A stretch of 64,000 bases of DNA, from NCBI GenBank assembly GCA_035506275.1, contig DATJPT010000006.1, forward strand, positions 13,019 to 77,018, written 5' to 3'. The stretch's first letter is position 1. Each line of letters starts with the position of its first letter. The position numbers and the translations under genes were made by a program. Under the pieces are notes generated by a model. That model ran no database searches. It saw nothing but the letters and a program-made list of their open reading frames with translations, and was not told the origin of the DNA. Of this stretch, positions 44,671 through 54,205 are shown one piece after another. This DNA is from Bacteroidota bacterium (GTDB lineage: Bacteria; Bacteroidota; Ignavibacteria; UBA10030; UBA8401).

Positions 44671-45884
44671 TTTGCGGGATACCGAGTTTTGAGGTACTGC
44701 TCAGCCTGGTCGTAGGAGTTTTCGAATTTTTTCATGGAGAGGACCTTGTTATACTGTTGAACCGCCAGATCACGCTTCATCTCGATATCATAGACGAAGC
44801 CGATGCGAAGATTGGCCATGACCATGAAACCGGATTCGCCGTTCTTATCGAGGGTTTTGCTCAATTCATCGCACCGGAAGAAATCATGCAACGCTTCATC
44901 AAATTTACCTGCATTCAACGCATAAACGCCGAGGTAGTAGACGGCTTCGCGTTCCGTAGAAGGCGTATACCCTTCCATCGCTTTTCCCGATGTGTCGCAC
45001 CGCGACGCTATTTCACGAAACACCGCGCGGGCATTCTCCCATCTGCCGAGACTCACGTAGCACCTGCCGAGATAGCGATGGAAGACGACGTTCTTCGGAT
45101 AGCGGTCGAACAGCTTCTGCGCGATTTCCAACGCCTTCTCGTACTGCCGTTCATGGGTATAGTTCAGCTGAAGGAGAAAATAGTCAGCTTCAACATCGGC
45201 GTACTTCGCTTTCGCGGCGGCGGCGGTGAGCTGCTCGATCCCCTTTTTCTTATCGCCGCTGGGAAAGAAGAGCATGAGGGGCTTGACGATCGGATATTGT
45301 TCGGGTATGGCCTCGGCATAGTAGTTGTAGATGCCCATGCCGAGGAGAATGTCGTAATTCTCAGGCGCGATGCTGTACGCGCGCCTCACGATCGGTAGCG
45401 CAAGCCGGCCGTCGTTCGCGGCTTTGATCCAGCTTCCGCGGTTGGCCCGGAGCCGTCCCCGGAATCCAAGAGCTCCCCCCTTAAAGAAGAGGGCCGTGAT
45501 ATCATCCGAGCGAACGTCCAGAATGCTGTCGCATTTGTCGATCACGACATCAAGTTTCGCCAAGAATTGATCGTCGAGAGACTCGTCGTCGAAGTCGAGC
45601 GAGATCTTCCACCAGTCGATCATCGCAAGGAAAAAATATCCAGCCGGATGTTCCGGGTGCGTAGCAATGATGTAATGGAATTCCTTTTCCGCCTGGTCAA
45701 ACTCAAGGTTGTAGACGTGGTCGATCCCTTTCCGAGTATGCGAGTCAAAATCTGCATCCGTCAACCATTGAGAAAAGCTGATCCGTGGAAGAAAAAAGAG
45801 GACCAACAACGACGCTGCGATCTGCCGCAAAAAGAGGCAACAAAGTTTGTGTTCCACACGTTGAAAATTCGGGCGCTCGGTCAC
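44667..45884 (-). CDS. TPR-repeat protein, signal-anchored
   Basis: 405 aa with an N-terminal hydrophobic segment and TPR-like helical repeats (AVYYLGVYALNAGKFDEAL etc.). A 4-nt overlap links it to the ZIP gene. Confidence 0.6.
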   Translation of the reverse strand: MTERPNFQRVEHKLCCLFLRQIAASLLVLFFLPRISFSQWLTDADFDSHTRKGIDHVYNLEFDQAEKEFHYIIATHPEHPAGYFFLAMIDWWKISLDFDDESLDDQFLAKLDVVIDKCDSILDVRSDDITALFFKGGALGFRGRLRANRGSWIKAANDGRLALPIVRRAYSIAPENYDILLGMGIYNYYAEAIPEQYPIVKPLMLFFPSGDKKKGIEQLTAAAAKAKYADVEADYFLLQLNYTHERQYEKALEIAQKLFDRYPKNVVFHRYLGRCYVSLGRWENARAVFREIASRCDTSGKAMEGYTPSTEREAVYYLGVYALNAGKFDEALHDFFRCDELSKTLDKNGESGFMVMANLRIGFVYDIEMKRDLAVQQYNKVLSMKKFENSYDQAEQYLKTRYPAK

Positions 45885-45894
45885 GGCGGGATGG

Positions 45895-46851
45895 CTATAA
45901 AGGTTGAGTGTTCGGTTCTGCCCCTGCTCCGGCCGCCGACACCTCGTTCATTTCGGCTTTCCACTTCTCGAGCGTCCATGCACCATCGGAGAGCCTGACC
46001 CAACCGGAGAAATAAATGAAGATCCCCGAAAGGACCAACATGACCGTTGCAAGCGCTCCCCCTTCAGGACCGAATGATCCCCCGGTCAGCCAAACGGGCC
46101 CGGTTTGTTTCAGGACTCCAAGTTGATATTTTTCAAACTGAATTCCGCTGACCGGAAAAGAAAAAATATGATTCTGAAAGAAATTCCATGAGAAATGCAG
46201 GGCGACGGGGAACCAAAGCGTCCTCGACTTGAAATAGGCCAAGGAGAGCCACACCCCTGCCAGGGCAACATTAACAAGCGAAAAAAAAGTGACGTTGGGA
46301 TTGCCCAGGTGAGCGGCTCCGAAAAAACCTGCGAAGGCGCAGACGGCGATCGTTTTCCCCGTTCCTTCCACCATCGTTTGGAACAGATAGCCGCGAAAAA
46401 GCAATTCTTCGCCGAACGCGCCAAGGACAAAGATCATGGTACTTTCGCCGAAGATCCGGACGGCATGGAACAAAGTCAGCGGCTTAAACGAAAGCGCCGC
46501 CATGCCCAGACTCGACTCTGTTATAAAGATCACCGTCATCATCCCCCCTCCGATGACCACCCCCTGTCCCAACTCGCGGAGGATATTCCCGTGCGCGGGA
46601 AAACCGACCGACGCGAACGGAGGCCTTCCTTCAAGGTACTTCGCGACACCCCATGTCGTAACAAGAAGCGCCCCGTAAAAAACGACCTCGCCCGAGGCAA
46701 AAGACGGAATGAAACGGAGATACGGCAATATCAGTTTCGCGGGAAAGTTGAGGAGCACTGTCACGCCGGAAAGGACCGCGGCAAAGATCCCCATTCGCCA
46801 TCCCGCACGGATGTTCCTCTCAGTCTCGTTGTAGAAGATCGATTTCATCAT
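45895..46851 (-). CDS. CPBP-family intramembrane glutamic endopeptidase (CAAX protease-like)
   Basis: 318 aa, polytopic, with motif 1 EELLFRGYLF, motif 2 FGAAHLGN, and a later HFSWNF. Confidence 0.85.
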   Translation of the reverse strand: MMKSIFYNETERNIRAGWRMGIFAAVLSGVTVLLNFPAKLILPYLRFIPSFASGEVVFYGALLVTTWGVAKYLEGRPPFASVGFPAHGNILRELGQGVVIGGGMMTVIFITESSLGMAALSFKPLTLFHAVRIFGESTMIFVLGAFGEELLFRGYLFQTMVEGTGKTIAVCAFAGFFGAAHLGNPNVTFFSLVNVALAGVWLSLAYFKSRTLWFPVALHFSWNFFQNHIFSFPVSGIQFEKYQLGVLKQTGPVWLTGGSFGPEGGALATVMLVLSGIFIYFSGWVRLSDGAWTLEKWKAEMNEVSAAGAGAEPNTQPL

Positions 46852-48293
46852 GCTTCGAGTTTTTCAAGAAGAAAAGTTTTTGCCGAGGAGAGCGCTATCC
46901 GCTCCTGGTTCATCGAATCCCGTTCGCGCACCGTAACGGTCTGGTCCTGAAGCGTTTGCGAGTCGATGGTGAAGCAAAACGGCGTCCCGATCTCATCCTG
47001 CCTGCGGTACCTCCTGCCGACCGCGCCGCTGTCGTCATAAAATACGCGAAACGATCTCTGCAGGTCCACCGTCATTTTGCGCGCGATCTCATCCATGCCA
47101 TCCCGGTTGACCAGGGGAAGGATCGCGGCCTTGAGAGGCGCAAGCCGCGGATGAAAATGGAGCACCGTCCGCATTTCTTCTTTCCCCTCCGCCGTCGGCG
47201 CCGATTCTTCGTCATACGCAGCGACAAGAAATGCCATGAACGAACGGCTCGCCCCCGCGGAGGTCTCGATGACAAACGGCGTGAATTTCTCCTTCGTCTG
47301 GTCGTCAAAGTATTTCATGCTCTTGCCCGAATATTCCTCGTGCCGCGAAAGGTCGAAATTCGTCCGGCTGTGAATCCCTTCGATCTCTCCCCATCCAAAG
47401 GGGAATTCAAACTCGATGTCGTATGCGGCTTTCGCATAATGCGCGAGCTTCTCGTGTTTGTGCCATTGCAGCTGCCCGCGTTTCATGCCCAGGCTGAGAA
47501 ACCATTGCAGGCGCTGCTCGCGCCAATACTCGAACCAACGGTCCTCTTCTCCCGGCTTGACGAAATACTGCATTTCCATCTGTTCGAACTCGCGCGTCCG
47601 AAAAAGAAAATTCTTCGTGTTGATCTCGTTCCGGAACGCCTTGCCTATCTGGGCGATGCCGAACGGGAGCTTTTGCCGCGACGCGCTTTGGATGTTCAAA
47701 AAATTCACAAAAATTCCTTGCGCAGTTTCGGGGCGGAGGTACACGACGTTGTTCGTGTCTTCCACCGGGCCGACAAACGTCTTGAACATGAGATTAAACT
47801 GACGGGCCTCGGTAAACGTTCCCTTATTGCCGCAATTGGGGCACGTCACCAGCGTCTGCATGACCCTCGCGGCGGTCTCATCGGATGAAACGCGCGCGGC
47901 AAACTCATCCGCCACTTTTTTATCGTCGAGCTGGCCGGCGAAGGCTGCCGGGTCGAGAGCACGGAGAATCTCTTTTTTCCGTTTCAGCGAAAGTTCTTCG
48001 AACAGAACGTCAACCCTGTAGCGTGCTTTGCATTGCTTGCAATCGACCATCGGGTCGGTGAAATTCGCCACGTGCCCGGACGCTTCCCACACGCGAGGGT
48101 GCATTAGGATGGATGCGTCAACTCCTTCGACGTCATCGCGCAGCGTCATCGAGCGCCACCATGCCTGTTTGAGGTTGTTCAGCAGCTCGACCCCCATCGG
48201 GCCGTAATCCCAGCAACCGTTCAGTCCGCCATAAATCTCGCTCGATTGAAAAACGAAACCGCGCCGCTTGGCGAGCGAGACGACTTTTTCCAT
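46848..48293 (-). CDS. glyQS: Glycine--tRNA ligase (class II, homodimeric type)
   Basis: 481 aa with RGFVFQSSEIYGGLNGCWDYGPMG, class II motifs, and an anticodon-binding C-terminus. Confidence 0.96.
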   Translation of the reverse strand: MEKVVSLAKRRGFVFQSSEIYGGLNGCWDYGPMGVELLNNLKQAWWRSMTLRDDVEGVDASILMHPRVWEASGHVANFTDPMVDCKQCKARYRVDVLFEELSLKRKKEILRALDPAAFAGQLDDKKVADEFAARVSSDETAARVMQTLVTCPNCGNKGTFTEARQFNLMFKTFVGPVEDTNNVVYLRPETAQGIFVNFLNIQSASRQKLPFGIAQIGKAFRNEINTKNFLFRTREFEQMEMQYFVKPGEEDRWFEYWREQRLQWFLSLGMKRGQLQWHKHEKLAHYAKAAYDIEFEFPFGWGEIEGIHSRTNFDLSRHEEYSGKSMKYFDDQTKEKFTPFVIETSAGASRSFMAFLVAAYDEESAPTAEGKEEMRTVLHFHPRLAPLKAAILPLVNRDGMDEIARKMTVDLQRSFRVFYDDSGAVGRRYRRQDEIGTPFCFTIDSQTLQDQTVTVRERDSMNQERIALSSAKTFLLEKLEA

Positions 48294-48808
48294 TACCGCC
48301 GGGGTTTGCGCGGCATTCCCTTTTGATTCTTCCTTAGCGATGACCGTGCTCCTTTCTGTGGCTCTTCTCGTGCGATGATAATGCTTTCGAAGATGTGTTT
48401 ATCGAATGAACAATGTATGGTGGATGTCTTTTCTTTAAGGTTCTCCGTGGAGGCCAGGGTGACGTTGAATCGCCGCAGCGAGTCCGTCAGTGCGGCAAGC
48501 GCGCGGAGCACTTCGAAGTTCGGCGCGACGCGTATCCGTACTTCTTCCCGCACGCCCGGCACGCCGCCGATGGAAATAGCTGCGTGTTTGATCTTCTCCG
48601 ATGGGAGCATCATCCTTTTCAACGTGGTGTCAACGATCGACGAAATTTCACCGAGCGGCAGACGCTGCTCCGGTGCAGTGATATCCGCCGCCGGCTCCGG
48701 CGTTGACAGACGTTCGCGAATGAAGGTGAGAACAACGGCGGCAAACGTCAGCGCGATGAGCAGTACTGTTTTTCTATCGATCTTGTTCTGCATGCCAGGA
48801 ATCGTCAA
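48293..48808 (-). CDS. Hypothetical single-pass membrane protein
   Basis: 171 aa with one TM helix (VLLIALTFAAVVLTF) and a basic C-terminus. TTG start (alternative ATG at 48793). Overlaps link it to both flanking genes. Confidence 0.5.
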   Translation of the reverse strand: MTIPGMQNKIDRKTVLLIALTFAAVVLTFIRERLSTPEPAADITAPEQRLPLGEISSIVDTTLKRMMLPSEKIKHAAISIGGVPGVREEVRIRVAPNFEVLRALAALTDSLRRFNVTLASTENLKEKTSTIHCSFDKHIFESIIIAREEPQKGARSSLRKNQKGMPRKPRR

Positions 48809-49869
48809 GCTACTTCGACTCTGCTCTGGTCGCCGATCATGAACCGGTGGACCCTCGGTTTTCCCCCCGCCTCCAGGATCTCGACATCGTTGCCGAGAAT
48901 ACTCCCTTCAATGCGGATGCCGACGTTCAGGATTTTGCATTCCCGCAAGATAATGCTGAATTCAACCTCGCTTTTTTTGATGAACGTATTGTTACCCACA
49001 GCGGTGAAGGGTCCGATATAGCTCTCTTCAATGACGCAATTCTTCCCGATGATCACCGGGCCTCGAACGACGCTGTCAATAATTTTCGCCCCTTCTTCAA
49101 TAATTACTTTCCCTACAACCGATGACGTCGCGTCGACCTTCCCCCGGTTCGACGAGACGATATTGTCGAGCACCAGCCGGTTTGCTTCAAGTAGATCGAG
49201 CGGTTTTCCGGTATCCTTCCACCATCCCGTGATCTCGCTGAACCCGATGTTGAACTTCTTGTCGATGAGATATTGATGAGCGTCCGAAATTTCCAGTTCC
49301 CCTCTTTTGCTCGGCTTGATCGCTTTACATGCTTCAAAGATATGCTTGTCGTAAATATAGATCCCGGCGACGGCATACTGGCTCTTCGGCTTTCGCGGCT
49401 TTTCCTGGATGCCGACGATCCGATGGTCTTTGATTTCCGGGACGCCGAAGCGTTCCGGGTCTTTCACTTTCGCAAGGGTGAGCCAGCAATGGCAGCGCGT
49501 CTTCTCGAATTCTTCGATATAGCGTTTGATCCCGCCGACCACCATGTTATCGCCGAGGTAAAAAACGAAATTTTCTCCGTTCACAAATTTTTCGGCGAGC
49601 ATGACCACCTGGGCCAGACCTCCCGGCTTTTCCTGGGGGATGTAGGTGATCGATATCCCCCATTTGCTCCCGTCCCCGACGTATTCAGGGACCTCCCTGC
49701 TGTCGGCGTTGTGTACAATGCCCACCTCTTTGATGCCGGCATCGACTGCCGCTTCGATCGCATAATAGAGGATCGGCTTGTTAGCGATCGGAATAAGATG
49801 TTTATTCTGCGTGTGCGTAATAGGACGAAGTCTGGTGCCTCGCCCGCCGGATGCGATAAGGGCCTTCAT
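48805..49869 (-). CDS. Sugar-1-phosphate nucleotidyltransferase (long RmlA-like form with LbH C-terminal domain)
   Basis: 354 aa with the N-terminal motif ASGGRGTRLRPITHTQNKHL and C-terminal hexapeptide-repeat-like strands. Confidence 0.85.
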   Translation of the reverse strand: MKALIASGGRGTRLRPITHTQNKHLIPIANKPILYYAIEAAVDAGIKEVGIVHNADSREVPEYVGDGSKWGISITYIPQEKPGGLAQVVMLAEKFVNGENFVFYLGDNMVVGGIKRYIEEFEKTRCHCWLTLAKVKDPERFGVPEIKDHRIVGIQEKPRKPKSQYAVAGIYIYDKHIFEACKAIKPSKRGELEISDAHQYLIDKKFNIGFSEITGWWKDTGKPLDLLEANRLVLDNIVSSNRGKVDATSSVVGKVIIEEGAKIIDSVVRGPVIIGKNCVIEESYIGPFTAVGNNTFIKKSEVEFSIILRECKILNVGIRIEGSILGNDVEILEAGGKPRVHRFMIGDQSRVEVA

Positions 49870-49932
49870 AGTGATAAGGAAAAATTAAAGATGAAAAAGG
49901 AAAAATGACAATTAACAGTCAAGGATGAAGAA

Positions 49933-50733
49933 CTAATTCACCTGCAATTCGGACCGCTGTCTTCTTGTAAATACCGAGATCTTGCCGTTGCCGTATTTTT
50001 CGATCAGCTGTTTGGCGACGGCAAAATCCTTTCCGACGTCGGCGGGTGAGTGGGCATCGGACCCCAGGGCAAGCGGGATATGGTACTCGCGAAGGATGTT
50101 GAGGATTTGCTCGCTAGGGTAGACTTCTTTCACCGGTTTTCGCAGCCCGGAGGTGTTGATCTCAACCGCGATATCCGCCGATTTCACCACCTTGAACACT
50201 TCGCGCAGCACGTCTTCCATGTCTCTTGAGGGACGGTGGCCGAATTTCTTGACGAGGTCACAATGCCCGATGATGTCGAACAATTTCGCGGCCGCTGACC
50301 TTTTGATATGGTCGTAATACTGGCTGTACACTTCGTCGACATTCCGTTCCTCGTATTTATGAACGAACGTGGGGTTATCGAATCCCCATTCTCCAAGGTA
50401 ATGCACGGAACCGATAATATAATCAAACTCATGTTGAGAATTAAAATCGCGGACCCACGATTCAGTCCCCGGGAAAAAATCCCCCTCGACGGCAAATTTG
50501 ACCTGGATCTTGTCGCGGTATTTTTCTCTCAACGCCAAGACGGCAGGCTTGTATGTCTGATGAAACTGGTCGATCGTCATTCGATGCTGAAGATCGAAGT
50601 CGTTCGGCATCGGAGAGTGGTCGGAGCAGCCGATTTCCTTAAGATTCGCCGCGACCGCCCGGACGATATATTCTTCGAGAGATCCGTCCGCGTGTTTGCA
50701 GAGCGCATTATGCGTATGATAGTCAACGAGCAT
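49933..50733 (-). CDS. PHP-family histidinol-phosphatase-like protein (HisJ family)
   Basis: 266 aa with MLVDYHTHN..., GSVHY..., and a C-terminal GSDAHSP metal-ligand motif. Confidence 0.85.
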   Translation of the reverse strand: MLVDYHTHNALCKHADGSLEEYIVRAVAANLKEIGCSDHSPMPNDFDLQHRMTIDQFHQTYKPAVLALREKYRDKIQVKFAVEGDFFPGTESWVRDFNSQHEFDYIIGSVHYLGEWGFDNPTFVHKYEERNVDEVYSQYYDHIKRSAAAKLFDIIGHCDLVKKFGHRPSRDMEDVLREVFKVVKSADIAVEINTSGLRKPVKEVYPSEQILNILREYHIPLALGSDAHSPADVGKDFAVAKQLIEKYGNGKISVFTRRQRSELQVN

Positions 50734-51587
50734 CAGATATCCTTCTTCAATGCAAGCCTGTGTGTTTCTTTGGCAAGAGCTGAATAAAGAAAAGCGATAT
50801 GGCGTAATCCCCTTTTGTGCAGCTCGCCGCGGTGCCGCCGCACTGTTTTCAGGTCTCCCCGTGCAACCGGACCGGTGAGCGCCGAAGCCGCGGAATACTT
50901 TTTTACATTGGCAAGGGTCTGAAGCGCAAGCGGTTCGAACATGGCAACGATCTTCTTTCTCGGCAAACGGATCCGCCTTCCCAACGTTTCCACAACAGCA
51001 AGGAGGGTCACAAAATAATTGGAACTGAATACCGCCGCAATGTGGTAGAGCGTCTTTTGTTCGGGGGACAGGACGAACGGCCGCGCGCCAAGACGGATTG
51101 CGATCCGTTTTCCCGTTTCAACCGCCTTTTTATCCCCTTCAAGCCCGACCCAAATATTCCGGAAGCGCTTTGATGACGAGGCGGATTTGGGAAACGTCTG
51201 AAGCGGATGAAAAGATCCGATCGCCGCCCCTTTCCGCTTCAACGACAGAAGGACGCCGGAGGTTAATGTTCCCGACGTATGGAAAACGACGGTTCCCGAA
51301 AAATCTCTCTGGCGATGCGAGAGGACGCGTGCGACGCCTTCAATTGCATCATCGGGAACAGCGACAAAGACAATCCCGGAAAGGTCGAACCGGCGTGCTT
51401 CGGTCATTCTTGCGTTACGAGCACGGACCTTTCTGCCAAGGGCCTTTGCGGAACGACCGTGCTTGCTGAGAATCAGCCGAAGCGGGTATTGCTTTTCTTT
51501 CAGAGCTGTCGCAAGGGCGCTTCCGACGGCGCCTGCCCCGATGACCGTCACCGGGGATTTGCCCTTTGCTCTTAATGGACTTTCCAC
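50733..51587 (-). CDS. Rossmann-fold NADP oxidoreductase-like / DUF2520 protein
   Basis: 284 aa with the dinucleotide fold VTVIGAGAVGSALA and the DUF2520-type C-terminus LTGPVARGDLKTVRRH. Confidence 0.75.
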   Translation of the reverse strand: MESPLRAKGKSPVTVIGAGAVGSALATALKEKQYPLRLILSKHGRSAKALGRKVRARNARMTEARRFDLSGIVFVAVPDDAIEGVARVLSHRQRDFSGTVVFHTSGTLTSGVLLSLKRKGAAIGSFHPLQTFPKSASSSKRFRNIWVGLEGDKKAVETGKRIAIRLGARPFVLSPEQKTLYHIAAVFSSNYFVTLLAVVETLGRRIRLPRKKIVAMFEPLALQTLANVKKYSAASALTGPVARGDLKTVRRHRGELHKRGLRHIAFLYSALAKETHRLALKKDI

Positions 51588-52408
51588 AAAGCCGCCGAAA
51601 CATATCCTACGACGCGGCCGGTATCGCCCGAGACATCCCCTGAATTACACGCGTCCAATATTTCACAGGAATCAGCTCCCAGTTTTCTTGCGGCGGATAA
51701 CACCGCAACGATCGGTCCGCCGCCGCACGCCTCCGTCCGCTCCGATTCCAAATCCGACATCAGCGTCTCATGGTCCATTTTCCGGATCGATGCTATTGCG
51801 ACTGCGTCGAGTTTCCGCGCATCGTCCGAAGCATAGTAATGGGACAAGTCGGAGCTGGCAACAAAAAGGATATCGCGCCCTTTTGCCACCTCGGCCAGGG
51901 CAACTCCCAGCCCTTCACAATATTTGCGCTGCTGGTCTCCCATAACGATCGGGAGGATTCGCGGGTGTTCAACAGCGAGCTGCAAAAACGGAAGCTGCAC
52001 TTCAAGCGAATGTTCGGTTCTATGTCCGGCGAGAGAGTTTTGCAGCGCCGGATATTTTTTTAATAGCTCACTCCGTAAACCTGCATCGACGGCGACCGCC
52101 CCGAGGGGCGTCTTGAAACTCGTTCCGGAAAAAACCGATACACCGTCGAAGTATTCCCTATGGCTGGGACCAACGAGCACCACAGTTCCGACGGCCCTGT
52201 TCTTCAACAACGCAAACGCTTTCGCCGCAGTATGCCCCGAGTAGCTGTAGCCCGCATGCGGGACAATAAGGCCGAGAAGCGTTCCCTTGCCGGCCGAAGG
52301 CGATGGTTCGGCCAAATACGATTCAACGGTCTGCCTGAGTTCGCCTTCATGATCGGGGTAGAACATGCCGGCAACTGCGGGAGGGCGAACGTACGGTTCC
52401 TCGTTCAT
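51572..52408 (-). CDS. amrB: AmmeMemoRadiSam system protein B (Memo-like)
   Basis: 278 aa with AGMFYPDHEGEL...LIVPHAGYSYSG...SSDLSHY..., matching the Memo family. Confidence 0.88.
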   Translation of the reverse strand: MNEEPYVRPPAVAGMFYPDHEGELRQTVESYLAEPSPSAGKGTLLGLIVPHAGYSYSGHTAAKAFALLKNRAVGTVVLVGPSHREYFDGVSVFSGTSFKTPLGAVAVDAGLRSELLKKYPALQNSLAGHRTEHSLEVQLPFLQLAVEHPRILPIVMGDQQRKYCEGLGVALAEVAKGRDILFVASSDLSHYYASDDARKLDAVAIASIRKMDHETLMSDLESERTEACGGGPIVAVLSAARKLGADSCEILDACNSGDVSGDTGRVVGYVSAALWKVH

Positions 52409-52986
52409 TTTGTCTCTTGTTCAATTATTTCGGCCGTAAAAGTATAAATAGCCGTCTCGGCGTGTTTCCACTGGTCGGGGGGCAAGCCTGCTTTGATGCA
52501 CGTCTCTTCGAGAAACCGGGTCACGTTCCAACGATGCTTTACCGCAACCTGGGGAAGAAGCAGACCGCGGTACATCCCTGCAACGATAAAGAGTCCATGC
52601 TTCCCGACCTGAATCTCCTCGATCGCCGATATTTCTTTGAGGGGAGAGAGAATTGAAATCTCGATCCGGAGGCCGTCCAATTCACCCGGTGTGACGGCAG
52701 GAAACCGGGGATCCTCGGTTGCCGTCCGCCCTGCTAACTGCGAGACAGTTTCAGCGAGGGGCGCCTCCGAAACAATGAGTCCGAGGCACCCCCGCAGCTC
52801 GCCGTGCCGGTACAGCGAAACAAACGCACCGGCCGGCTGCCACAACATACTTTCGGTGTTGATACTCTGGCGCGGTGCCTTTATCGGCCCGTGGGCATTC
52901 CCCTGCACCGTCCGACGAACCGATTTCCATGCAATGTCCAACAACTCTCTTTTCTCGGCCGGACTTAGCATGAGAAGCATCCTCAA
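52405..52986 (-). CDS. amrA: AmmeMemoRadiSam system protein A (AMMECR1 domain)
   Basis: 193 aa with GAFVSLYRHGELRGCLG...DPRFP...GLLLPQVA, matching the AMMECR1 family. Confidence 0.88.
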   Translation of the reverse strand: MRMLLMLSPAEKRELLDIAWKSVRRTVQGNAHGPIKAPRQSINTESMLWQPAGAFVSLYRHGELRGCLGLIVSEAPLAETVSQLAGRTATEDPRFPAVTPGELDGLRIEISILSPLKEISAIEEIQVGKHGLFIVAGMYRGLLLPQVAVKHRWNVTRFLEETCIKAGLPPDQWKHAETAIYTFTAEIIEQETK

Positions 52987-53043
52987 AAATTTCTAACCGA
53001 AAATAACGATTTAATACGTGAGTTTCAACAAACGCGATGCGGC

Positions 53044-53080
53044 AAAAAAAGCCCCGAACTCTTCGTTGAATTCGGGGCTT
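53044..53080 (-). terminator. Rho-independent terminator after the 345-aa lipoprotein gene
   Basis: 10-bp stem AAGCCCCGAA / TTCGGGGCTT (53049-53058 / 53071-53080). On the minus strand it is followed by a run of seven T residues (A-run 53044-53050 on plus). Confidence 0.75.
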
Positions 53081-53102
53081 GTGGCAGGCAAATGAGGTCT
53101 GC

Positions 53103-54140
53103 TTACTTGAGCTTCAGGCTCGCAATAGCCTTTTCAAACACGGGGAGATACAAATCGGCCATCGGTTTATACCAGGTGACGACCAGGCGGTAGACCTTAT
53201 CGTTCTTCACGGTGAAGTACGCGCGGCCGTCGACTTTTGACTCCGGTGAATACGTCAGGTATTTGGCGTCGAGCCCGTCGATCTTGGTGTCTTTGGTCGA
53301 CTTAGGATTGAATTTGCCTTTGTTCTGGTCGAACACCTTATCCACGGTTAATTTCTTCGCGGGGAGCATGTCGATCTGAATGGCGCAGTCCTGGCGCAAT
53401 TTGTGGTGAACATTCATGGAGAAAGTAATTTCACCCTTCTTCGGCGGGAATGAATATTCAAAGTTATCGGGATATTGCAGCTCGAAAAACTCGCCGAGAT
53501 ATTTCGTCCACTCGGTGGACGGTTTGTCTTCGTCCCCCTTCGCCACCGGAACTTTCGGTTTCGGAAGTTTGACAGAGCTCAACACGGTGTCGAAGACGCC
53601 CGCGTACAATGTATAGTCATCGTTGAAGCCGGCGAGGTTCACGTAGTAGAAAACGCTGTCGCGCATCGTGATAATTCTCCGGCCGAAGATCGTCACGCTT
53701 TTGCTGATCTTCGACGTATAGGAAATTTCCTGGGCTGAATCTTTTCCGAGGGTTGATGGCTGGCCGCCGCTGATCACTCCGATGCCCGACAGCTTCTCCT
53801 TCGTTTGGGCGATGTAGGCGTCGAGCGTCGTTACGCCCGCGGTAGCAAAGTTCTCAAAGCCGAAAAGGATCTCGACACCGTTCTTCCCGCCGCTCGACGG
53901 GTCGAAGAACCAGGTCGCGGCTTCCTGCGACGAATAGATCTTGATCTGATTCGTTTCCGCATTCACTAACCATCCTTTCGGGTATTGCAATTCGAACCCG
54001 TAAAATGGGTCCTGGTACAAATCCCATTCCTTGACCACCGGAGGCTGCGGTTTACTGCACGACGACAGGACGAATGCAAGGGCGACAAGCACAGCAGCAA
54101 GCAGATTCATCAACAGAATCGAATGCTTAGAGAATTGCAT
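53103..54140 (-). CDS. Lipoprotein with two PsbP/DcrB-like repeats, unknown function
   Basis: 345 aa with the lipobox LSSC. An internal duplication is visible as FYGFELQYPKGW and FFELQYPDNF. Confidence 0.55.
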   Translation of the reverse strand: MQFSKHSILLMNLLAAVLVALAFVLSSCSKPQPPVVKEWDLYQDPFYGFELQYPKGWLVNAETNQIKIYSSQEAATWFFDPSSGGKNGVEILFGFENFATAGVTTLDAYIAQTKEKLSGIGVISGGQPSTLGKDSAQEISYTSKISKSVTIFGRRIITMRDSVFYYVNLAGFNDDYTLYAGVFDTVLSSVKLPKPKVPVAKGDEDKPSTEWTKYLGEFFELQYPDNFEYSFPPKKGEITFSMNVHHKLRQDCAIQIDMLPAKKLTVDKVFDQNKGKFNPKSTKDTKIDGLDAKYLTYSPESKVDGRAYFTVKNDKVYRLVVTWYKPMADLYLPVFEKAIASLKLK

Positions 54141-54205
54141 AATTCACCTTTACTGTAATTGTTTGAAATGAGAACGGGATAATCTCACGAGTGTTCGAAC
54201 CAGTG

